Below the pieces are notes generated by a model, which saw only the letters and a list, made by a program, of their open reading frames with translations, was not told where the DNA came from and did no database searches. DNA of 63,920 nt, the filler included, from Octopus bimaculoides (lineage: Eukaryota): the NCBI RefSeq assembly GCF_001194135.2. It is 5 parts of 5 records of this genome, joined end to end, with 100 filler letters (N's around TTAATTAATTAA, not from the genome) between each part and the next. Parts side by side here need not be neighbours in the genome. Positions count along the whole stretch, not along the records: positions 22,211 to 41,498 come from NC_069010.1; 4 more parts are not named here. One strand, written 5' to 3'. The position numbers and the translations under genes are program-made. Below are positions 26,660 to 38,217 of this stretch, piece by piece (position 1 is the stretch's first letter; each line of letters starts with the position of its first letter).

Positions 26660-27920
26660 CTGTGTATTTTTGTCCACAGCACAGAATGCTGTATGTAACC
26701 AATCACATTGTTGAAGAAAAATATATAGATTTTGTATATCTTTGTTCTTTCTGCAAGGCATAATATAAATGTGTTATCAATTTATTTGATATCACACGAC
26801 AGCCTATTGTCATTATGGTTTATGATATATTCATTTATTCTTTACTTTTTTACTTGTTTCAATCATTTGAATGTAGCCATACTGGAGCACCACCTTTAAT
26901 CAAACAATTAACCTCAGGACTTATTCTTTGTAAGCCTGGTACTTATTCTATTGGTCTCTTTTGCTGAACTGCTAAGTTATAGGGATGTGAACACACCAAC
27001 ATCAGTTGTCAAGCGATGGTGGGTTGGTGGGACAAACACAGGCACACCATTGATGGTTGCTTTCTAGCGTAAAGGATGTCCACTTAGTGGTCATCCCTTC
27101 TCACATGTATGTAATATATATAAAGGGTTTCTTACAGTTTCCACTTACCAAATCCATTCACAAGGCTTTGGTCAGCCCACGGCTGTAGTGGAAGACACTT
27201 GTGCAAGGTACAATGCAGTGGGACTGAACTCGGATCCATGTGGTTGGGAAGCAAGCTTCTTACCACATAATCACACCTGTGCCTATATCTATCTCTGTCA
27301 TATATCTTTGTCCCCCCACCATCACTTAACAACCAATGTTGGTGTGTTTACGTCCCCGTAACTTAGCAGATCGGTAAAAGAGACCAATAGAATAAGTACT
27401 AGGCTTACAAAAAATAAGTTTTGGGGTTGATTTGTTTGACTAAAGGCAGTGCTGCAGCATGGCCACAGTCAAATGACTGAAACAAGTAAAAANNNNNNNN
27501 NNNNNNNNNNNNNNNNNNNNNNNNNNNNNNNNNNNNNNNNNNNNNNNNNNNNNNNNNNNNNNNNNNNNNNNNNNNNNNNNNNNNNNNNNNNNNNNNNNNN
27601 NNNNNNNNNNNNNNNNNNNNNNNNNNNNNNNNNNNNNNNNNNNNNNNNNNNNNNNNNNNNNNNNNNNNNNNNNNNNNNNNNNNNNNNNNNNNNNNNNNNN
27701 NNCCGTAACTTAGCAGATCGGTAAAAGAGACCAATAGAATAAGTACTAGGCTTACAAAAAATAAGTTTTGGGGTTGATTTGTTTGACTAAAGGCAGTGCT
27801 GCAGCATGGCCACAGTCAAATGACTGAAACAAGTAAAAAAATAAAAGATTATATATATATATGCTATAAGCTCGTATTGGAGGTCGCTTGTATTTTGAAG
27901 TCGATATTTAAGGGACTTAC

Positions 27921-28109
27921 CTAAGGGCACAGTACCAGTTGCTGCACTGTCTACAGGGGAGGGAGGACTGTTGGCAACTTCTGTGGTGGTGGCCACTAGA
28001 GTGTGCAGATGTCTACACGTCTGGCAACAGACTCTGGACTGTCTATAAGTGTCGTAGTAGATACAGTTTGAAGCCAGGCATTGGTCACTGCGGTCACCAA
28101 ACTCACAGT
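27921..28109 (-). CDS. Exon C of the Cys-rich repeat protein: third module plus S/T/P-rich stalk
   Basis: Acceptor ttttcttcttccag|AC TGT; donor TTA G|gtaagt; 189 nt phase 1-1; (D)CEFGDRSDQCLASNCIYYDTYRQSRVCCQTCRHLHTLVATTTEVANSPPSPVDSAATGTVPL. Confidence 0.87.
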
Positions 28110-29310
28110 CTGGAAGAAGAAAATAGAAAAGGATATAGTTAGAGAGAGAGGGGGGGAGAGTGTGGAGAGAGGGGATGAAGGAGAAGAGAGTGTAAACAGA
28201 CAAGAAGAGGATTTAGAGGGAGAGGAGAAAAGAAAGAGGGTGGAGAGCAGTGAAAAAGAGAGGGAGATCAAGTGAGAGGGAGAGGTGAAAGAAAGAGGGG
28301 AGAAAGAAAAGAGAGAGATGAAAGGGAGAAAGAAAGAGCATGGGAGAGGAAGAATACAGAAGAAAGGGAAGAGAGACTGAAAGGAGATACAGGGGGAGAG
28401 AGGGGGAGAGAGTGAGAGTAGAAAGAGTGAAGGAATGGACAGAGTGGGAAAGAGAGAGAAAATATGCAGATAGATAGATAGATAGATAGACAGAGAGATA
28501 GATGGATAGATAGGGAGACAGAGAGATAGATGGATAGATAGATAGATAGATAGATAGGTAGATAGATAGATAGACAGATAGATAGACAGGGAGATAGATG
28601 GATAGATAGATAGATAGATAGATACATTTCTTTTATTAGCCACACAGGGCTCAAGAAAGATGGGACAAATACAATGTAGAGCTTTTCTTTTTGGGAGGGG
28701 GAAGGAAAGAGAGAAAAAAAAGGGTGTGTCGATCAAAAGGGATCGTAGGAAGGGAAAAAGGGGGGAGTTCGATCAAAAGGGATCGAGAAGAAAAAAAAAA
28801 AAAAGCGATCAATAGGGATCGTGTATCACACAGTAATGTTCTCGTGTAAAAAGAGGGGAGGACAGTTTAGGTTTAGCCATGGAAAGAAAAGCCTACGGAA
28901 AAGACCACGGTAACCTTGGTCAATATTGTCATTGAAGAAACTATAACAGTAAGTGACTCTCTTTTGCCTTTTTGTTTTATTTTTTTAGACAGTCAGACAG
29001 ACAGACTGATAGATAGATAGATAGATAGATAGATGGATAGATAGACAGACAGATAGATAGATGGACAGACAGACAGACAGACAGACAGATTGATAGATGG
29101 ATGGATGGGCGGATAGATAGATAGACAGACATATAGACAGACAGATACATAGATCCATGGATAGATAATAGTGGTGGTGGTAGTAGTAGTAGAAGTAGTA
29201 GTAGTGGTGGTGGTAGTGGTGGTGGCAGTAGAAGTGATAGTATAGTGTGGTGGTGGATGTTGTAGTAGTGGTAGCAGTAGTTAATAGTAGTAGTAGTAGC
29301 GGTACCCTAC

Positions 29311-29427
29311 CAGGGTGGGTAGTGTCCCTGAGTTTTGAACACGTGTAGCAGCACTCCTTGTGTTGAGTATAACAGTCAAGTCTAGTAATATTGGAACAGC
29401 CATCTCGTCTGTCTCCACATGCACAGC
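29311..29427 (-). CDS. Internal exon B of the Cys-rich repeat protein
   Basis: Acceptor cattgttcttgcag|GC TGT; donor CCT G|gtaggg; 117 nt phase 1-1; (G)CACGDRRDGCSNITRLDCYTQHKECCYTCSKLRDTTHP(D). Confidence 0.88.
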
Positions 29428-29477
29428 CTGCAAGAACAATGAATAATAATGATGATAATAATAATGATGATGGTGAC

Positions 29478-29510
<33 letters not shown>

Positions 29511-29524
29511 CATAATCATAATGA

Positions 29525-29935
29525 AGGAAAAAAATGCTTTCTAATTGATGTATCAATACCAGCAGATGACAACGTTTCCCTAAAAGAAATGGAGAAACTT
29601 TCAAAATACAAAGACCTGGAAATAGAGGTAACTCGAATGTGGAATCTAAAAACAGAAACAATTCCTATCATAGTAGGTGCCTTAGGTATAATAAAAAAAT
29701 ATTCAGACAAATACATAACAAAAACACCAGGACTTACAAATATATATAACATACAGAAAATTGCACTACTGGGCACTGCACACATCCTACGCAAAACACT
29801 TTCAATACAGTAACCATAAGAGCATCACAGCAAACCACAGCACATACCCAAGGCACACAGCTGCGCTCGGTAGTGAAGTGAAAGCACATTATAAAAATAA
29901 AACTACTGAACAATANNNNNNNNNNNNNNNNNNNN
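29525..29935 (+). mobile_element. Dong/R4-type RLE non-LTR retrotransposon, 3' fragment 1
   Basis: KKCFLIDVSIPADDNVSLKEMEKLSKYKDLEIEVTRMWNLKTETIPIIVGALG..QKIALLGTAHILRKTLSIQ* = restriction-like endonuclease C-terminus (D-x-x-x-P..KExEKxxKY); preceded by (AAT)n. Confidence 0.85.
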
Positions 29936-31043
29936 NNNNNNNNNNNNNNNNNNNNNNNNNNNNNNNNNNNNNNNNNNNNNNNNNNNNNNNNNNNNNNNNN
30001 NNNNNNNNNNNNNNNNNNNNNNNNNNNNNNNNNNNNNNNNNNNNNNNNNNNNNNNNNNNNNNNNNNNNNNNNNNNNNNNNNNNNNNNNNNNNNNNNNNNN
30101 NNNNNNNNNNNNNNNNNNNNNNNNNNNNNNNNNNNNNNNNNNNNNNNNNNNNNNNNNNNNNNNNNNNNNNNNNNNNNNNNNNNNNNNNNNNNNNNNNNNN
30201 NNNNNNNNNNNNNNNNNNNNNNNNNNNNNNNNNNNNNNNNNNNNNNNNNNNNNNNNNNNNNNNNNNNNNNNNNNNNNNNNNNNNNNNNNNNNNNNNNNNN
30301 NNNNNNNNNNNNNNNNNNNNNNNNNNNNNNNNNNNNNNNNNNNNNNNNNNNNNNNNNNNNNNNNNNNNNNNNNNNNNNNNNNNNNNNNNNNNNNNNNNNN
30401 NNNNNNNNNNNNNNNNNNNNNNNNNNNNNNNNNNNNNNNNNNNNNNNNNNNNNNNNNNNNNNNNNNNNNNNNNNNNNNNNNNNNNNNNNNNNNNNNNNNN
30501 NNNNNNNNNNNNNNNNNNNNNNNNNNNNNNNNNNNNNNNNNNNNNNNNNNNNNNNNNNNNNNNNNNNNNNNNNNNNNNNNNNNNNNNNNNNNNNNNNNNN
30601 NNNNNNNNNNNNNNNNNNNNNNNNNNNNNNNNNNNNNNNNNNNNNNNNNNNNNNNNNNNNNNNNNNNNNNNNNNNNNNNNNNNNNNNNNNNNNNNNNNNN
30701 NNNNNNNNNNNNNNNNNNTAGTGCTAAGTAATATAACATTTTTAAAGTCTGACAAGTACTGCCCACATCCTTAGAGAAACCCTATCCATTTAAATGTCTG
30801 TGATGTATTGCATGAAGATATTCTGCTACTTCCCCTCCCCAAGCTTTCAGCCATACTGTAACATCTCGACCTCAGCAGAATATGAACTCAGAATGTAGTG
30901 GCAGGCAAAATACCCACAAGCATTTCGCCCGGCATGCTAACGATTCTGCCAGCTCACTGCTTTAATAATAATAATAATAATAATNNNNNNNNNNAAGCAC
31001 ATTATAAAAATAAAACTACTGAACAATAATAATAATAATAATA

Positions 31044-31454
31044 TACCAAAAACTGAGCAAGTATAGAGATCTTGAAATAGGAATTGGCAAAATGTGGAGC
31101 ATGAAGACTAAAACACTACCTGTTGTCATAGGTGCCCTGGGAATGACAGCAAAAGGGGCTGATTGCTACCTAACTCAGATACCAGGAAACCCCAAAATGG
31201 CTGGAGTTCAAAAGATAGTGCTCATGGGAACCGCCCATATCCTACGTAAAATACTGTCTATGTAATCTCAAATTTTAAAACAAACTCATAATTTTCGTAT
31301 GTTTTCTTAAACATTCTCTAGAACAATACTACGTACAAATCCAAATATATGGCACCCTAGGCATAACACCAACATGAACTTCTAACTTGTTGTCTCTTGA
31401 GGTCTCTGGGTGAAACTTGGAGTCAACTTGTACAAATACAAAGCAAAAGTCAAA

Positions 31455-31460
<6 letters not shown>
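31044..31460 (+). mobile_element. Dong/R4-type 3' fragment 2 (different subfamily)
   Basis: YQKLSKYRDLEIGIGKMWSMKTKTLPVVIGALGMTAKGADCYLTQIPGNPKMAGVQKIVLMGTAHILRKILSM*, 3' UTR, then (AAT)n; (AAT)n also upstream. Confidence 0.85.
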
Positions 31461-31513
<53 letters not shown>

Positions 31514-31599
31514 TAATAATAATAATAATAATGGTTTCAAATTTTGCCACAAGGGCAGCCATTTTGGGGAAGGGGATAAGTTGATTACATCAACCCAGA

Positions 31600-31713
31600 T
31601 GTTCTTGTTATTGTGGATGCACTTGGTATGATAAGAAAGCGATGTCAGAAACATCAAGATAATATCCCAGGAGAACCATGTCTCAGAGAAATCCAAAAGA
31701 TTGTACTGACAAG
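31600..31713 (+). mobile_element. Dong/R4-type 3' fragment 3 (runs into gap)
   Basis: VIVDALGMIRKRCQKHQDNIPGEPCLREIQKIVLT. Confidence 0.7.
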
Positions 31714-32260
31714 NNNNNNNNNNNNNNNNNNNNNNNNNNNNNNNNNNNNNNNNNNNNNNNNNNNNNNNNNNNNNNNNNNNNNNNNNNNNNNNNNNNNNNN
31801 NNNNNNNNNNNNNNNNNNNNNNNNNNNNNNNNNNNNNNNNNNNNNNNNNNNNNNNNNNNNNNNNNNNNNNNNNNNNNNNNNNNNNNNNNNNNNNNNNNNN
31901 NNNNNNNNNNNNNNNNNNNNNNNNNNNNNNNNNNNNNNNNNNNNNNNNNNNNNNNNNNNNNNNNNNNNNNNNNNNNNNNNNNNNNNNNNNNNNNNNNNNN
32001 NNNNNNNNNNNNNNNNNNNNNNNNNNNNNNNNNNNNNNNNNNNNNNNNNNNNNNNNNNNNNNNNNNNNNNNNNNNNNNNNNNNNNNNNNNNNNNNNNNNN
32101 NNNNNNNNNNNNNNNNNNNNNNNNNNNNNNNNNNNNNNNNNNNNNNNNNNNNNNNNNNNNNNNNNNNNNNNNNNNNNNNNNNNNNNNNNNNNNNNNNNNN
32201 NNNNNNNNNNNNNNNNNNNNNNNNNNNNNNNNNNNNNNNNNNNNNNNNNNNNNNNNNNNN

Positions 32261-32605
32261 GAAATGGAGAAACTTTCAAAATACAAAAACCTGGAAATAG
32301 AGGTAACTCGAATGTGGAATCTAAAAACAGAAACAATTTCTATCATAGTAGGTGCCTTAGGTATAATAAAAAAATATTCAGACAAATACATAATAAAAAC
32401 ACCAGGATTAACAAATATATATAACATACAGAAAATTGCACTACTGGGCACTGCACACATCCTACGCAAAACACTTTCAATACAGTAACCATAAGAGCAT
32501 CACAGCAAACCACAGCACATACCCAAGGCATACAGAGCTGCGCTCGGTAGTGAAGTGAAAGCACGTTATAAAAATAAAACTACTGAAAAATAATAATAAT
32601 AACAA
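32261..32605 (+). mobile_element. Dong/R4-type 3' fragment 4 (near-identical to fragment 1)
   Basis: EMEKLSKYKNLEIEVTRMWNLKTETISIIVGALG..LRKTLSIQ*, same 3' UTR, (TAA)n tail; several substitutions relative to 29590-29915. Confidence 0.85.
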
Positions 32606-32629
32606 TAATGATGATGATGATGATGATGA

Positions 32630-33306
32630 AATTGGTAAAAGAATGAATTGGTGAGTATGGATATGAAGGCACAAAATTATTGACAGTGAATTATTAGCAG
32701 TGAATGCCTGAAATTGGCACAACATGAATACAAAAGGCAACATGACAATGTGGCAAGAATGATCCATTGGGAGCTTTCTGGAAATTATGGCCTAGAAAGA
32801 TCAAAGACATGGTATGACAAAATCCCAGAAAGAGTTAGCTGAGAATGAGGATTGAAAAATCCTATGGGATGCAATGATCCAGTCTGACAATCTGATTAAA
32901 CATCGAAAACCTGACATTGTTGTAGTGAACAGAACAGAACAGAAAAAAAACAAAAAAAAATGGCTGATAATTGACATAGCATATCCTGGTGACAACGGAA
33001 GAAGTGAACGACAATGATGAATTGAAGTGAGGAATATGCAGGTTGTGGGCAATGAAGAGAGTGGATGTGATATCAATAGTGATTGGCATGCTTGGAAATA
33101 TCGGCACCCGACTACCGACATGGCTCAAAATGATTGGTACAGATGTAAAGATAGAATGCCTACAAGAACCACCATTGCTTGGAACTGCAATAGTCCTCCA
33201 CAGAGTTCTTGAAGCATGACCAGTAAACAAGTGTCACCTTAGTCTGCTGGCTGTAGACAGCTGACACTTTCCATCATACACAGCAAAATAAAGCTGAGAT
33301 TTTTCC

Positions 33307-33350
<44 letters not shown>
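32630..33350 (+). mobile_element. Dong/R4-type fragment 5, longer and degenerate
   Basis: ISECLKLAQHEYKRQHDNVARMIHWELSGNYGLERSKTWYDKIPE/ENED*KILWDAMIQSDNLIKHRKPDIVVVNRTE..LIIDIAYPGD: zinc-knuckle end plus PD..D RLE motif; ends in (AAT)n. Confidence 0.85.
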
Positions 33351-33351
<1 letters not shown>

Positions 33352-33823
33352 TTTTAAATAATAGTAGTAGTAATAATAATCATCATCATCATTACCATCA
33401 TCGTTTAACGTCTGCTTTCCATGCTAGCATGGGTTGGACGATTTGACTGAGGACTGGTGAAACCCGATGGCTACACCAGGCTCCAATCTGATTTAGTAGA
33501 GTTTCTACAGCTGGATGTAGAAATGATAATAATAATAATAATAATAAAAATAATAATGGTTTCAAATTTTGGCACAAAGCCATCAATTTTGGAGGAGAGG
33601 TTAAGTCAACTACATTGACCTCAGTGTTTTACTGGTACTTATCTCATCAACCCCAAAAGGATGCAAGGTGAAGTTGACTGTGGTGGAATTTGAACTCAGA
33701 ATGTAAAAATGCCACTGAGCATTTCATCCGATGCAGTAATGACTCTGTCAGCTCAAAAAATAATAAGAAACCAAAAGGAAAAAAAAAAAAGAAAAACAAT
33801 GATTAGAATGAAGTTCTAAATAC

Positions 33824-33946
33824 CAGGTATATTTGTTTTGCAGTGTCTCTTACAAGTCTCACAGCAAAGTTTTGTAATATCCGGAGTATAACAAGCGTAA
33901 GAACTGAAGTTTCTGCATTGGGAGTGACGATCGTCAAATTTGCAAC
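33824..33946 (-). CDS. Internal exon A of a Cys-rich repeat protein (six-Cys PLAC-like module)
   Basis: Acceptor ttatattttcag|GT TGC; donor CCT G|gtattt; 123 nt phase 1-1; (G)CKFDDRHSQCRNFSSYACYTPDITKLCCETCKRHCKTNIP(G). Confidence 0.88.
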
Positions 33947-34948
33947 CTGAAAATATAAAACATAGGGATTTAAATGAAATAATTAACACAGTAGAAGGCA
34001 CATGGCTCAGTGGTTAGAGTGCTGGGCTCACAATCATGAGGTAGTGAGCTCGATTCTCACACTGGGCTATGTGTTGTGTTCTTGAGTAAGACACTTTATT
34101 TCGTGTTGCTTCAGTTCACTCAGATATAGAAATGATTTGTGACATCACTGGTACCAAGCTGTATCATGGCCTTTACCTTTCCCCAGGATAACATTAGTGG
34201 CATGGAGAGGGGAAACCGGTATGCATGGGCGACTGCTGGTCATCCATGAGAATAACCTTGCCCAGACTTGTGCCTTGGAGGGGAACTTCCTAGGTGTAAT
34301 CCCATGGTCATTCATGACTGATGGGACCTTTACCATTTTATTTTTAGAGGTATACAGTGAGATTTTATTCTGGCTGGTTCTATTCATAAAAAAGTTTTCA
34401 GTTAAATCTCAGTGTATGGTACTTGAGCAAATTTATTTAACTATAGCCTTTTGTGTGTGTTTTATATATATATAAAGTCTGTCATACCGGCCATGATGAA
34501 ATACCACAAGGTATAGAAAATACGTATTCGCCTTTATATATTTAATCCTTTATATTGAACACTCAATATTTCATCTATTCAATAAGACATATTCCATATA
34601 TTCAATAAGACATTCAATACTTTATTTCATTGTACCATCCATTTTTATATTATATATTATATATTCCATATTCTATATCCCACATTAATTTTACAAGAAT
34701 ATAAATAAAACATAAAAAAACAGACAGAGTTGGAACTCTTTTAAACAAAATAATATATATATATATATATATATACATACAGGGTGTCCACAAAGTCTGG
34801 GTACATGGGNNNNNNNNNNNNNNNNNNNNNNNNNNNNNNNNNNNNNNNNNNNNNNNNNNNNNNNNNNNNNNNNNNNNNNNNNNNNNNNNNNNNNNNNNNN
34901 NNNNNNNNNNNNNNNNNNNNNNNNNNNNNNNNNNNNNNNNNNNNNNNN

Positions 34949-34986
<38 letters not shown>

Positions 34987-37901
34987 AGTCGCAGTATATA
35001 GACTCAAATAATCTGGCAGTACTCAGTAAAAAAAGCTCCTTAATGTATCATTCTACAAACCATATAGAATGTATAGCAATATACAAGAGAAAAGCCCATC
35101 AATGGGTATCGACCATCAGACACAATTTTATAGGGAAAAATCAATCGTATCACTGAAGATGCATCTGGAAATCAGTTAATATCTGTACAGGTAAATATAA
35201 AAATATAAACAAAAGAGAATGGATTGAACGACACATTGCATGATGCTACAATCATTTCATCACCTGACAACGCAACTGAAATTCTGCATTATTTTGAACA
35301 AATTTTTTTTTCTTTGCATTTTGCATTAATGCAGACATGTAAGTAATTTATTTATTATTAAATATGATAATATAAGTTATTTGCATGTTTTGGAGTTATG
35401 AAACAATTTCTTGTGTTATTAAGGATTTTTTTTATTGTTAAATAAAAGTTCATCAAAATGTTTCTCTGTCATGTATGACTTTATATATATATATATATAT
35501 TCTTTTACTTGTTTCAGTCATTTGGCTGTGGCCATGCTGAAGCACCACCTTTAGTCGAACAAATTGTCCCCAGGGCTTAGTCTTTGTAAGCCTAGTATTT
35601 ATTCTATTGTCTCTTTTGCTGAACTGCTAAGTTACAGAGACATAAACACACCAGCATCAGTTGTCAAGCGATGGTGGGGGGGACAAACACAGACATGGTG
35701 GGGGGACAGACACTTGCCCAAGGTGCCATGCAGTGGGACTGAACCTGGAACCATGTGGTTGGTAAGCAAGCTACTTACCCCACAGCCACTCCTGCGCCTA
35801 TATATATATATATNNNNNNNNNNTGGTTGGTAAGCAAGCTACTTACCCCACAGCCACTCCTGCGCCTATATATATATATATTCTTTTATTCTTTTGCTTG
35901 TTTCAGTCATTTGACTGCGGCCATGCTGGCATTATGTTTCTACATATGTTTCTACATAAGGAATACTTAAAATGCCATTTATACATTTAATGTACCCCTG
36001 AAACAGCTGTAAATGATATCTTTTACCCGAATTTATATATTTTTACCAAATTTATTTACCCCTGAATTTTAAAATTTTGAACTCTCATCCGACAATTCAT
36101 ATAAACACCAAATTCTTGATCAATTGGAACTGTTCCTTTTAGAGGCCCTTACTTTGGATTTTTGTCTCTTTATTTGTCCCTCCTCCATTCAGTTCCTGAA
36201 CTCAACATACATGGTGCATAGTTTTTACATATAACTTGTGCATGTAATTTTATTCACTTATTTATTTAAATTTATACACTTAATTATATAAATTTATATT
36301 ATATTCATTTGTTGTGTGCTTTAAATTATGCTTTGGAATTTGTATTGATTGCCTGGATTGCCTGAATGTGTTCCTTCTATAATTCCTCTTACTCTTCATT
36401 TTAGCTCGCAATGAACACTTCCTAATACAGCCCATATATTGTGAAGTATACTTAAAAGCATATTTTATAAGAAGATTTAACTTCATATATTTATATACAT
36501 ACATACATACACACACACATNNNNNNNNNNNNNNNNNNNNNNNNNNNNNNNNNNNNNNNNNNNNNNNNNNNNNNNNNNNNNNNNNNNNNNNNNNNNNNNN
36601 NNNNNNNNNNNNNNNNNNNNNNNNNNNNNNNNNNNNNNNNNNNNNNNNNNNNNNNNNNNNNNNNNNNNNNNNNNNNNNNNNNNNNNNNNNNNNNNNNNNN
36701 NNNNNNNNNNNNNNNNNNNNNNNNNNNNNNNNNNNNNNNNNNNNNNNNNNNNNNNNNNNNNNNNNNNNNNNNNNNNNNNNNNNNNNNNNNNNNNNNNNNN
36801 NNNNNNNNNNNNNNNNNNNNNNNNNNNNNNNNNNNNNNNNNNNNNNNNNNNNNNNNNNNNNNNNNNNNNNNNNNNNNNNNNNNNNNNNNNNNNNNNNNNN
36901 NNNNNNNNNNNNNNNNNNNNNNNNNNNNNNNNNNNNNNNNNNNNNNNNNNNNNNNNNNNNNNNNNNNNNNNNNNNNNNNNNNNNNNNNNNNNNNNNNNNN
37001 NNNNNNNNNNNNNNNNNNNNNNNNNNNNNNNNNNNNNNNNNNNNNNNNNNNNNNNNNNNNNNNNNNNNNNNNNNNNNNNNNNNNNNNNNNNNNNNNNNNN
37101 NNNNNNNNNNNNNNNNNNNNNNNNNNNNNNNNNNNNNNNNNNNNNNNNNNNNNNNNNNNNNNNNNNNNNNNNNNNNNNNNNNNNNNNNNNNNNNNNNNNN
37201 NNNNNNNNNNNNNNNNNNNNNNNNNNNNNNNNNNNNNNNNNNNNNNNNATATATATATATATATATATATACACATACATATATATCAGTTCAGTTTTGG
37301 TATTAAGCATATAGTTCACTTTCAAAAACCCATCTATGGGTATCAGATATCAAACACAATTTTATAGGGAAAAATCAATCGTATCACTGAAGATACATCT
37401 GGAAATATCTGTAGAAGTATATATAAAAATATAAGCAAAAGAGAATGGATTGAATGATGCTAAAATCACTTCATCACCACTTTACCAGAAGATCATTTCC
37501 AAAATATTATTATATATATTTCTTTATAGCCCACAGGGGCCTAAACATAGAGGGGGACAAACAAGGACAGAGAAAGGGATTAAGTTGATTACATCGATCT
37601 CAGAGGTTGACTGCCTTTCATTCTTTCCTGGTCGATTAGATAAATACTGGTATTTATTTAATATGGATGAATTGAAGAATAAAAGAATAACAGAATAATA
37701 GAATAGTGCATGAAATTAATCCTCATGTCAGTATTATTTCAATAGGAAGTGTTGATTCTTGAGGTATATGTACAAATGATTTGCTAAATTAAAAATGTGG
37801 TTTAATTCAGCAAAAGTGTCAGGTAATGCAGTCCATATATTGTTAAGTATACTTAAAAACATACTTTATAAAAAAATTTAACTTCAGTAGCATCCACCCT
37901 T

Positions 37902-38217
37902 GTGAAGGCGCAATGGCCCAGTGGTTAGGGCAGCGGACTCGGGGTCGGAAGATTGCAGTTTCAATTCCTAGACCGGGTGTTGTGAGTGTTTATTGAGCAA
38001 AAACACCTAAGCTCCACCAGGATCCAGCAGGGGGTAGTGGCGACCCCTGTTGTACTCTTTCGCCCCAACTTTCTCTCACTCTTTCTTCCTGTTTCTTGAG
38101 TAACGCTGCGATGGACTGGCATCCCGTCCAGCTGGGGGGAAACACATACGCCATAGAAACCGGGAAACCGGGCCCAACGAGCCTGGCTAGGCTTTGAAAG
38201 GGCGAAAAGAAAAGAAA
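37902..38217 (+). mobile_element. Family-3 SINE with a different 3' tail
   Basis: Same head and ~190-bp body as 8531-8901; 11-bp TSD CATCCACCCTT at 37891-37901 and 38218-38228. Confidence 0.85.

Noticed and set aside
26561-26761. ORF-track frame MPCRKNKD..GFYFLV as the terminal exon
   Set aside because: No recognisable motif; reachable only via a weak acceptor; kept only as an alternative to the GPI-like frame.
27344-27840. Tandem duplications across short gaps (27344-27492/27703-27840; also 35755-35875, 49645-49685)
   Set aside because: Identical sequence on both sides of an N run indicates unmerged contig overlap.
27921-33946. Calling the modules ShKT toxin domains or naming the gene an ADAMTS
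   Set aside because: Cys spacing ends CC-x-TC, not C-x-x-T-C-x-x-C, and no protease or TSP1 exon is visible, so no symbol is assigned.
34779-34809. Mariner-like terminus TA|CAGGGTGTCC (similar sequence reversed near 48945-48960)
   Set aside because: Only about 30 bp before a gap; no matching partner end to define an element.
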